64,000 nucleotides of DNA from a virus. Numbering within the stretch: the first letter of the stretch is position 1; each line of letters begins with the position of its first letter. Of this stretch, positions 30,201 through 37,396 are shown in pieces. The notes below the pieces were generated by a model that did not search any database, was not told the DNA's origin, and was given only the letters and a program-made list of their open reading frames with translations. The stretch lies in IMG/VR virus record IMGVR_UViG_3300020180_000010, positions 1-64,000 of that record, one strand, 5' to 3'. Both the position numbers and the translations under genes were made by a program.

Positions 30201-31059
30201 GTGTTGAACCGACTGCGCCGGTTATTACACCTGCCGGAATCACGATACTCGGATCATCTATGAAGATATTTTTAGTTGATGATGATGTCCAACTGAGTAA
30301 TCTAGCAGAATTTCTTAATGAAAATGTACCTTTGAGGTAGAGATTTACGGTTCCGCTGGAGCCAGATTCTTCAGAAAGCACAGCAACGGCTGACGCACTC
30401 GTGGCATCAAAATTTTCCAAAACAATCGATGCCCGATCAATATCATCGCCATATGCTGGAGTGATGGAATCAGTATTGAGCATCAATGGGGTACCAGACC
30501 CATACGATATAGATAGATTTCTAACTGATCTAACGTTTCTTATAATGGCGGTGTTATGAAACGTCAGAACAGAATAGAATGGAGTAGTTGATGTTCTTTC
30601 GGTTCCGACCAGGTCTACCAGGCCATCCGCACCTACGTAGGTACCGGTCCCTACCGACCCTGTAGGATAGACGTTAGAAGTATCTGTTTCGATATAAACC
30701 TGTCTATTACCAGGCGTATTCTGAACTTCAGTCCATAATGATGTAAAATCTCCATACACGTTACCAACATTCGTGGCACCGGGAGCAAACAAGAACGAAG
30801 TCTGGATGGAGCTGGTATTTGACTGGATCGCAGGTTCCCAATCGGCGTCAGTACCGACCCACGGACCAGCTTTTAATTGATACCAATCACCCGTACTGAT
30901 CTCAACCACGACCATCTTTTCAATGCGCCGCTCATCCGTAATGGCGTTTCGGGCCGCAGGGTTCGCCACGACACGGAAACCGCCAAATTGATCATAATCA
31001 TACGTGATGGGGAATGTTCCGGCCGAGGCCAGACTACCACCAACTTCGATATCCGCCAT
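27265..31059 (-). CDS. large modular virion fibre protein
   Basis: 1264 aa Gly/Ser/Thr-rich; GGDLSGTYPNP, internal duplications, C-terminal IKD..G.A.TN.ITI..NIDG knob. Confidence 0.78.
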   Translation of the reverse strand: MADIEVGGSLASAGTFPITYDYDQFGGFRVVANPAARNAITDERRIEKMVVVEISTGDWYQLKAGPWVGTDADWEPAIQSNTSSIQTSFLFAPGATNVGNVYGDFTSLWTEVQNTPGNRQVYIETDTSNVYPTGSVGTGTYVGADGLVDLVGTERTSTTPFYSVLTFHNTAIIRNVRSVRNLSISYGSGTPLMLNTDSITPAYGDDIDRASIVLENFDATSASAVAVLSEESGSSGTVNLYLKGTFSLRNSARLLSWTSSSTKNIFIDDPSIVIPAGVITGAVGSTLNVYLYTDTQFGAQSGFLGTLNKIYRTNVSVKNTGTLVGARKSINITGTAVASIVDDSVNDQVTVTVNSGVGSLPTAVSYREGGSATGNVYTSFSTALTALSGSGAGGIRSLLIDSVSGISAVNTASADLHGIEVNGFADGTDVREDLSVPWGMPLKSPLSLKNLNISDIDTGGSPTGHGSVLFSSGATSDFCLIENCAFVNTGISSDPASIRIDKNTTIRIRGPFSETHASGAYLINVGTTSRTLNLYLESGVNIGIGKLAGVSGSTVNVYVARGASFASVQAGFLGTLNVIPLNTSPVFYFVNFAPASSDIYNTWDPLWANVKNFRGNRQIYIETGTVTSGVYEGQGFLDLIGLTRSLSSPYNSTLTMASGALIRNVKLIKDLTISFGSGAPISSIAYPVEGTDAYSRSITLENVKADSGSSQFLILMDTSSPTDVLNLYIKGSFSLANSAKLLTWGGGSTIIVNLYLDPGVVLPNGCISGVSGSILNVYLYTDTQYGTQSGFLGTLNKIYQSNVSVKNTGTLVAARKSINITGSAVTSIVDDSSNDHVTVTLSSGGAPTGTAGGDLSGTYPNPTVIKINSATVPAAGSLTTGNGLYVTGSSALSYSALNLAGGANYVTGSLPAANQVSQTMAGDVTGNTGASVVAKVNGATVPAAGSLTTGHVLQVSGSSALSYALIANANVSASAAIAGTKISPDFGSQNIVTTGDVLGATHTVGSGGPIISKGTGTPSASDPNGSVFLRTDGSSGSDGVYTRQGGAWYALGGGGGFTAGGDLTGSSSSQQVVSLTGSAGTLSIASTGALVQWVTGTSAPTLSQADNTTNSATAQNLIIRAQNATGTSSVGGKLLLKGGTGTILNGTVELQVNGNTVVSAADNKFIIVRGVRRHVTSITADYAVLGTDDIIAVGTLSTNITITIPASPATGDTYLIKDTVGGAATNTITISPTSANIDGSATYVINQNYAAVQVTYTGSTWSVL

Positions 31060-31060
31060 T

Positions 31061-32332
31061 TTAACCCACCACTATAGAAAGGCTTGTTCCGGTTAGCCGG
31101 TTGTCTGAACGAAATACTTTATATTCATTAACTACCGTATATGCATTCGTAATATTCAATGTCGCGACGACTGACTTGGGTACAGGAAACCCATTCAGAG
31201 TCCATGCAGGTGTACCGTAATCAGTCGGAATTATCTGGTAAACATACTGATTACCGGGGCTCACGACAAAGCTTCTCAGTCGATCCGTTCGGACTTCTGA
31301 ATCAGGAGACCCGGTAACGAATGCCGCGTTGACCGTCTCGCCTCCTCCGACATTTCCCAATCGCCAATAAATTCTCCTTGTCCACAGGAGAGTCCTGTCA
31401 GACGTGAATGTATTTGTTTTGGTTGCGGTGAGACGTACCGTAAGAGTTGGATCGGCGTCATGATCCGTACCATCACGCCTGACCGTTCCGGAGGTATTGC
31501 CACTCGCAAAAGGTGTCGTGAATGGAGTCCAAGCACCAAGATTGATATCTCCGCCACCTGAGCTTCCGCCATAGATATTGGTAATGGTAGCGGTCGTGGG
31601 AGGACCAGAAATATACGTAGCGGTGGCGTGGGGAGAGCTTCCGAGGGAAACCGTCTGGCCACGTTCATATGTTCCGGGAGCCGGAGAAGTTACGGAGAAT
31701 GAATTAATGGCGAAATTAGGAACGATATCAGCCTGGGTGATCTCTTTCCAAAGCAAACCTCCCGAACCATCTTCGGTCAAAACTGCATTCGCAACATTTG
31801 TTAATGCTGGATAGACTGTAAATGGGATCCAATCGGATCCGTCCCATTTTAAATATTGCCCAGAAGTAGGCGCGGTGGTGCTGAGAGGTCTTCCCAGGAG
31901 CGCAATTACGGTTTGGGACGTATTGTTTCCGGACAGGTCTCCACCAGCGGTGAAGCTGATCGGAGGAGTTGTAGGGGTCCAGGCAGCCCCGCTCCAACTA
32001 AGGGATTGCCCGGTAGTAGGAGTGACGTTTGCTACAGGTCTGCTTTGCAAACCAACTACGATTTGATTCGTGATGGTTCCGGAGAGATCATTTCCCGGAA
32101 CGAATACGTTTCCTTCTCCGCCTATTGCGTTGATAATTAGATTTTCTAATGTATCGAGGCGATTCCGAACAGTAGAATAGACGGAGCTGGGTTTTACTCC
32201 AAGCTCGAATTCGATCGCAATGATAGCTTCTCGAAGATTATTAACGACTTGAGCGCTGATCGGATCTATAAGATCAGTAACTTCTGGCAAAGAAATAGGT
32301 GAATCTAATGATTGAGGGTAGAGAGTCGCCAT
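31061..32332 (-). CDS. virion structural protein, paralog of 7484..8956
   Basis: ELGVKPSSVYSTVRNRLD identical to the paralog; GQxLxWxG repeats. Confidence 0.75.
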   Translation of the reverse strand: MATLYPQSLDSPISLPEVTDLIDPISAQVVNNLREAIIAIEFELGVKPSSVYSTVRNRLDTLENLIINAIGGEGNVFVPGNDLSGTITNQIVVGLQSRPVANVTPTTGQSLSWSGAAWTPTTPPISFTAGGDLSGNNTSQTVIALLGRPLSTTAPTSGQYLKWDGSDWIPFTVYPALTNVANAVLTEDGSGGLLWKEITQADIVPNFAINSFSVTSPAPGTYERGQTVSLGSSPHATATYISGPPTTATITNIYGGSSGGGDINLGAWTPFTTPFASGNTSGTVRRDGTDHDADPTLTVRLTATKTNTFTSDRTLLWTRRIYWRLGNVGGGETVNAAFVTGSPDSEVRTDRLRSFVVSPGNQYVYQIIPTDYGTPAWTLNGFPVPKSVVATLNITNAYTVVNEYKVFRSDNRLTGTSLSIVVG

Positions 32333-32348
32333 CTCACCCTAAATCTGC

Positions 32349-32356
32349 AATTATGC
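32349..32356 (-). promoter_or_regulatory. candidate late-promoter element GCATAATT
   Basis: Same 8-mer and similar spacing as 8972..8979. Confidence 0.4.
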
Positions 32357-32377
32357 AGTTTAATTCAAGAATTGAAT

Positions 32378-32761
32378 CTATTCTAAATATTGAAATCTTT
32401 TATATTGATCGAATCTATCAACAATTTCTGTATCAGAATTTGCTGCCAACATCACTACATAACTACTATTAACAATTCCTTCTGTATCTGAAGGCGTAAA
32501 TAGTGACGAATAGATATATTTATCTTTATTTCTATCAATGAATCCCAGAATAACTTGTTTTAATTTAGGATCATCATAATTAATAGTCATGCTCCAGACA
32601 TCCATAATGATGGCCGGGAACATATTCATTATAGACTGGAAAGAAGGCTTTACTCTGAATAGAGATTCACTAATTTCATTAGAAAATTTTATTTTTCCAG
32701 TATCGTAGAGATTCCAAGCATCAAATTCACTTAGATCCAAATAATTCTTGATATTGCTCAC
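32378..32761 (-). CDS. hypothetical protein with shared C-terminal motif (RFQYLE)
   Basis: 127 aa AT-rich ORF. Confidence 0.7.
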   Translation of the reverse strand: MSNIKNYLDLSEFDAWNLYDTGKIKFSNEISESLFRVKPSFQSIMNMFPAIIMDVWSMTINYDDPKLKQVILGFIDRNKDKYIYSSLFTPSDTEGIVNSSYVVMLAANSDTEIVDRFDQYKRFQYLE

Positions 32762-32894
32762 TAGTCAACTCTACTGAATTAATTATGTTTTTGAGGTTAT
32801 TAAGCTGATCCTTCGCAACAATCGTAATGATGTAGGTATCGTGATCAGTCCTGGTAGACTCGATGTAACTTTGATCCGGAAATACAACCTTCAT
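32727..32894 (-). CDS. small hypothetical protein (55 aa, not in ORF track)
   Basis: MKVVFPDQSYIE...VELTSEQYQELFGSK, ATGA-coupled to the upstream stop. Confidence 0.6.
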   Translation of the reverse strand: MKVVFPDQSYIESTRTDHDTYIITIVAKDQLNNLKNIINSVELTSEQYQELFGSK

Positions 32895-33421
32895 TTAATT
32901 TCTTTCATGATCGGGCTTAATCGGCTCATCATGGTTTCTAGAGATCTCGTGAGATCGGCTATTTTTTTAGGATTGGTAAAATTAGAGATATCGAACACGG
33001 GCTTTTTACTATTATGGGATTGAGAGGGGTTGGCGGAACCTTCGGAACGTGCGACCAATAATATTTCTTCAAGTTGTTTTTCAAGCTGTTTCTGCATATC
33101 TTGATTTGCATTTTTTGATTTTTCAGACTTAGATTCCGTCATGAATCGGCCAATCGTTTCGATATCCGTCAGGCATAATCCACTCCAAATGACTTGATGT
33201 TGGATCGAATATATTGGAAACTGCTGGCTATCTCGGGCTGAATCTATAAATCCCTGAATAAATTCCGGACCAACTACGATCGCATCCAGAAAATCAAGCT
33301 CAATATCTTCGTCACGATCTCCCTCGATAAATGTCTCCAAAAGTTCAATAAAAAGATCAGTACCTTTTTCTTTGGTCAGTAGGATCCCTCCCAACTTACT
33401 CGAAACCATTATTTTTTTCAT
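32891..33421 (-). CDS. STAS-like (DUF4325-type) protein
   Basis: LTKEKG..LF...IELDFLDAIVVGPEFI pattern. Confidence 0.5.
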   Translation of the reverse strand: MKKIMVSSKLGGILLTKEKGTDLFIELLETFIEGDRDEDIELDFLDAIVVGPEFIQGFIDSARDSQQFPIYSIQHQVIWSGLCLTDIETIGRFMTESKSEKSKNANQDMQKQLEKQLEEILLVARSEGSANPSQSHNSKKPVFDISNFTNPKKIADLTRSLETMMSRLSPIMKEIK

Positions 33422-33428
33422 GAAATCT

Positions 33429-34253
33429 TTAGATATTGGACCGTATCGGAATTAACGTCGCATCGGGGCGCGTCAACACCTCTACATGGTCTTGATGTAC
33501 GTATATCGTGTGTTCAAAATGAGCCGAGACGTCCTCTGTATATACTGTCCAATTATCGCTAGCTACCCTGGTACGATTTGATCCGATTGCAAACAAAGGT
33601 TCGATCGCTATGGTTAGCCCTTTTTGGGCCCTTATTCCGTCATTAATTTCTGATCGATTTGATACAAAAGGCAAAGAGTGAGGCCGGTTCCAATCCAACC
33701 CGTGCCCACCATATTCCGTAATGACGCTAAATCCGTCTTCTCTTCCGCATTTAAATATAGTATTACCGATACTTCCCAATCTTTTCCCGACCTGAACTTC
33801 TCTTATGGCAAGCTCCAGAGCTGTTTTGGTTGATTGGATCAATTGAACATGATTGTCTTGTTTTGGTTCGCCATAAATACAAGTAATGGCCGCATCGGAT
33901 ATCGCGCCTTCATACGTAGCGCCGAGATCAAAGCTAACGACATCACCTTCTTTTAAAGAATTGTTGGTCGGGATGCCGTGAACCAATTGTCGATTAACCG
34001 ATATACAGACACCGGCTGGAAAATCTTTATAATATTTAAATGTAGGTGTGCATCCCTGACTGATGATGAATTGTTCTGCCAAACCATTCATTTCAAGCAA
34101 TGAAAGAGGCGATTTTTCTTTCACGAGACTGGAGAGTAGTTGGAGGGCCTGTGCAACAGTTTTCCCCGCAATACGCTGTTTGGAAAGCCAATCCTCATCC
34201 TTCAACTTAATGAGGGATGAGGATATGGAATTATTGCGTTCTGGAATTTTCAT
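33429..34253 (-). CDS. map: type I methionine aminopeptidase
   Basis: CISVN..VHGIP, FDLG, SDAA, GHG, IAIEP, SAHFEHT. Confidence 0.95.
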   Translation of the reverse strand: MKIPERNNSISSSLIKLKDEDWLSKQRIAGKTVAQALQLLSSLVKEKSPLSLLEMNGLAEQFIISQGCTPTFKYYKDFPAGVCISVNRQLVHGIPTNNSLKEGDVVSFDLGATYEGAISDAAITCIYGEPKQDNHVQLIQSTKTALELAIREVQVGKRLGSIGNTIFKCGREDGFSVITEYGGHGLDWNRPHSLPFVSNRSEINDGIRAQKGLTIAIEPLFAIGSNRTRVASDNWTVYTEDVSAHFEHTIYVHQDHVEVLTRPDATLIPIRSNI

Positions 34254-34495
34254 TTCTTAGCGGTGTTATTATTTTTAGAACGCACCTTGAGTCCGCCACA
34301 GGGACTCTCTTCTGATGCATTGAATTCAGTTTCCAGGTCTAACTGGAGAACCGACTCGACAATCTTTTCATCGAACAATTTGATTGTCTTCTGTACCGCG
34401 CGAGAAATCTCTTTAGAAAGATGTGGAAACGGGGCAACTTGCTGTTCTTGGAGGAAATTCCTCACAATTATCAATGCGGCTAAATTCTTAAGCAT
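34250..34495 (-). CDS. hypothetical protein
   Basis: 81 aa ORF coupled to map. Confidence 0.65.
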   Translation of the reverse strand: MLKNLAALIIVRNFLQEQQVAPFPHLSKEISRAVQKTIKLFDEKIVESVLQLDLETEFNASEESPCGGLKVRSKNNNTAKK

Positions 34496-34549
34496 TGATG
34501 TTTTGTTCTATTGAGCCGCGTCTCATGCAGATATGTTGTAAATGCCGAA

Positions 34550-34831
34550 TCATGGCGAGGGTTGCATGTCCCTTGCTTGGTCGCGCTGGGCTTCCGGGGC
34601 CTGGACAACTTTTCTTGTAAAAGTTCCATCATTATTAATTGAGTCTGCTTCTGTCAGGCCGTACTTCATGAAAAGTTGCAAAACAACATTTCTATAGGAA
34701 AGATCCGCAGCTTCCTGTTCGGCATTTGCCCGTTGAACATCTTTTTCAGCAAGTTGCTTTTTTGCAAATGCTCGTTCAAGTTTGAACATATCTTCTTCTG
34801 CCATTTTTTCTTGATTCGGTGTCTTTTCCAT
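34550..34831 (-). CDS. small coiled-coil protein
   Basis: Helical heptad pattern, then KYGL..DSI..DG. Confidence 0.65.
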   Translation of the reverse strand: MEKTPNQEKMAEEDMFKLERAFAKKQLAEKDVQRANAEQEAADLSYRNVVLQLFMKYGLTEADSINNDGTFTRKVVQAPEAQRDQARDMQPSP

Positions 34832-34843
34832 CGTGACCTTTCT

Positions 34844-36142
34844 TTACAATATTTCTGAGGCTTCCGTAGCTAGGGGACTACGCTCACCTTTCATGAACGT
34901 GATATGTCCGGCTAATTCTGATGTTTTAAACTTTTCGACAACATAAGTCAGACCATTGTTCATTGAGTCGAGACTTGAGTTATCGATCTGCTCTATATCT
35001 CCCGTCATGACAATTTTGGAATCTTTTCCAGCTCTGGTCAAAATTGTTTTTGTTTCCTCTTTTGATAGATTCTGACTCTCGTCCAGCAGAATATAGGCAT
35101 TTGGAATACTTCTGCCGCGAATGTATGTTATGGCGTCCATTTCTATGTAGCCTTTTTTAACCAGCATTTCGTATCCGATACGCCAATTTTCACGATTTTT
35201 TTGCGTGAAGCAAAATTCCATACTATCCATGACCGAGCCCATCCAGGGCATTATTTTTTCCTGCAAAGATCCCGGAAGATACCCGATATCTTTTCCTACG
35301 GGTTGTATAGGTTTAAGAATAATGAATTTATCATATTTTCTTTTATTTATGACGTTATCTAGGCCCGCCGCGACTGCCGCGAGTGTTTTCCCGGACCCGG
35401 CTCTACCTAACATCGTCACAAGATTGACCTTTGGGTCCATCAAAAGGCTAAAAGCAAAGGCTTGTTCCTTATTCTTGCTAATTAGGTCCCAAGGCGATTG
35501 TGGATTAATGATTCTGACCTTATTACCTATACGACGTCCGATGCTGATACCCTGCGCATCTTCACCTTTCCCATCCACAAAATGAACGCATTCGTGCGGA
35601 TTCAGCTGAACGGGCAATTGATTCAGATCAAGCTGACCATTCTGTTCTAATAGAGTTCCGAGTGCCAGATTATTAATCGTACGGAATCCCTGGTAAATTT
35701 CAGAATTAGCGCAGCTATGATGCTGATAATCTTCAGCCGATAGTCCCATAGACCTGGCTCGGACTCGAAGATTAATATCATTGGATACGAATATAATAGG
35801 CGTTTTCTTTTTTAGATTAAGATATGAAGCAGCTGTCGCGAGGATCCGGTTGTCTCCGTACTGGTCATCCTGGCCCAAGGCTTCATAGGCCGCGGTATCG
35901 ACTTTTAGAGTCGTGCCGTTGGTGAGCCTGACTCCACGATGCAAGTCGCCTGTTTGTGAAATTTGATCCAATTCTCGAATCACCAATCGAGCATTTTTGC
36001 TGGCTTGTGATATGCCTTTTTTAAGTTTATCAAGCTCATCCAGAACCGTAATCGGGACGATACAATCATGACCGATAAAGTTATTAAGAAAGCCCGGGTC
36101 ATTAACGAGAACCGAAGTATCCAGAACGTATGTTTTACGCAT
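34844..36142 (-). CDS. phoH: PIN-PhoH family ATPase
   Basis: N-terminal PIN (VLDTSVL, ELD, DNRIL, SNDINLR); GRAGSGKT, GYLPG, YIRGRS, DESQN, GDIEQID. Confidence 0.92.
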   Translation of the reverse strand: MRKTYVLDTSVLVNDPGFLNNFIGHDCIVPITVLDELDKLKKGISQASKNARLVIRELDQISQTGDLHRGVRLTNGTTLKVDTAAYEALGQDDQYGDNRILATAASYLNLKKKTPIIFVSNDINLRVRARSMGLSAEDYQHHSCANSEIYQGFRTINNLALGTLLEQNGQLDLNQLPVQLNPHECVHFVDGKGEDAQGISIGRRIGNKVRIINPQSPWDLISKNKEQAFAFSLLMDPKVNLVTMLGRAGSGKTLAAVAAGLDNVINKRKYDKFIILKPIQPVGKDIGYLPGSLQEKIMPWMGSVMDSMEFCFTQKNRENWRIGYEMLVKKGYIEMDAITYIRGRSIPNAYILLDESQNLSKEETKTILTRAGKDSKIVMTGDIEQIDNSSLDSMNNGLTYVVEKFKTSELAGHITFMKGERSPLATEASEIL

Positions 36143-36504
36143 TAAGAATCCTCAAATATAGAGGTGAATCCGACTTGCATTTCTAAGTATAATTGTTTTT
36201 TTGGATCAATCTGACTGTGATCGTGTTTGAGAATAAATGTTGGTTGCCTCCAAGTTGCTATGATTTGATTGTCACAAAACACCTCTACCCCGCCATCCGG
36301 ATCATCCCGAATAACTAAGTCATATTCGTTTTGAAGCTGGCGAAGTTTCCTTCGCGTCTCGATCGATAATGGAAATTCCTCAGGATCCCAAAAGTCTAGA
36401 TTGATATTTAGAGCTTCAATAACATGGCGAATGAATCGAAATTTCTCTTCAGATTTAGCATCCTCTACGTTTGTAGAGACTGCCAAGAGAACTTTATAAT
36501 CCAT
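36142..36504 (-). CDS. hypothetical protein
   Basis: 120 aa ORF coupled to phoH. Confidence 0.7.
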   Translation of the reverse strand: MDYKVLLAVSTNVEDAKSEEKFRFIRHVIEALNINLDFWDPEEFPLSIETRRKLRQLQNEYDLVIRDDPDGGVEVFCDNQIIATWRQPTFILKHDHSQIDPKKQLYLEMQVGFTSIFEDS

Positions 36505-36571
36505 CTATCTGGATATCAAAAAATGTAGAAATATCGACGACAATCATGTAACAATATAGCAAACGGATTAT

Positions 36572-36861
36572 TTACGTGATTGATCGGTATCTGGAGCAAT
36601 AAAATTCATTATGACGTATTATTGACGGTTCTGTATCCGTCGCGGCATCCATAACACTAATAATGTAAAAAGGTACGCTGGTCCGACCTAAATAATATAC
36701 CCTTGTTTCTATTTCGCTATTTATGAAAAATGGCTCACAATCCTTTTCTTTACATGAAAAGTCGCGATTGTTTTTATTACTTGAATGTTATTTTTTAGAC
36801 TGTCATGTAGATTTATATTGTCCTGAACAATATTAGATTGCTTTAATGCATAAACGTCCAT
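36572..36861 (-). pseudogene. frameshifted hypothetical gene ending in the shared motif (RYRSIT)
   Basis: ATG overlaps the upstream TAA; 46 codons in one frame, with the -1 frame open 36787..36572; one added base restores about 96 aa. Confidence 0.5.
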
Positions 36862-37229
36862 TATAGTAGATTTTTGTATTTTAAACAATAAGTCGTATTA
36901 GGATTTATAAGGAATTTCTGGTATCCATAAGTATTTGCTATAAGAATTTTAGACGAATGATTATGTGCAGAACTATACAACCAATACAAATATTTTTGTA
37001 TTAGCCCAGAAAATGAATATCTAACTAAAAAGATCAAATTATCAGATTTGCAATAAGATGAAGCTATAAACGATGTACTTTCTTCGTTTGCTTCAAAATC
37101 CCAGACACTTGCTTCAAAATCCCAGACACTTATTTCGTGACCGTATTCTTTAATAATTTCAGAAAATTTCTCCAGAGCAATATTTAGACCAGGGTATTTA
37201 TTATTATTCACCATCCACGGCCTATCCAC
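36861..37229 (-). CDS. hypothetical protein with shared C-terminal motif (KYKNLL)
   Basis: 122 aa AT-rich ORF with an SVWDFEA duplication. Confidence 0.65.
   Translation of the reverse strand: MDRPWMVNNNKYPGLNIALEKFSEIIKEYGHEISVWDFEASVWDFEANEESTSFIASSYCKSDNLIFLVRYSFSGLIQKYLYWLYSSAHNHSSKILIANTYGYQKFLINPNTTYCLKYKNLL
37088..37131. repeat. 21-bp exact tandem duplication
   Basis: TTGCTTCAAAATCCCAGACAC x2. Confidence 0.9.
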
Positions 37230-37396
37230 TTCATCATCGGCTGCCCTGTATGGTCTTTTAAGACATTCCCATGATTATCCCGGACAAATTCCAATGGTGA
37301 CCTGGCGCCGCAGTAAAAACATATAAACCCAGGATGAGAGTGCCCTCTGAAAAAACATCGTAATCTATTATAAAGCTTAGTCAGGAACTTAATCAT
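37208..37396 (-). CDS. small Cys/His protein
   Basis: C...GH...CFYCG; coupled to the nrdA stop. Confidence 0.55.
   Translation of the reverse strand: MIKFLTKLYNRLRCFFRGHSHPGFICFYCGARSPLEFVRDNHGNVLKDHTGQPMMKWIGRGW

Noticed and set aside
24806-34553. 11-mer ATGATTCGGCA (minus strand) near two gene boundaries, 24806..24816 and 34543..34553
   Set aside because: Only two copies, and one overlaps a stop codon; not distinguishable from chance.
36789-36797. Programmed -1 frameshift at A-AAA-AAT
   Set aside because: Slipping there lands directly on a TAA, so the break must be a later indel.
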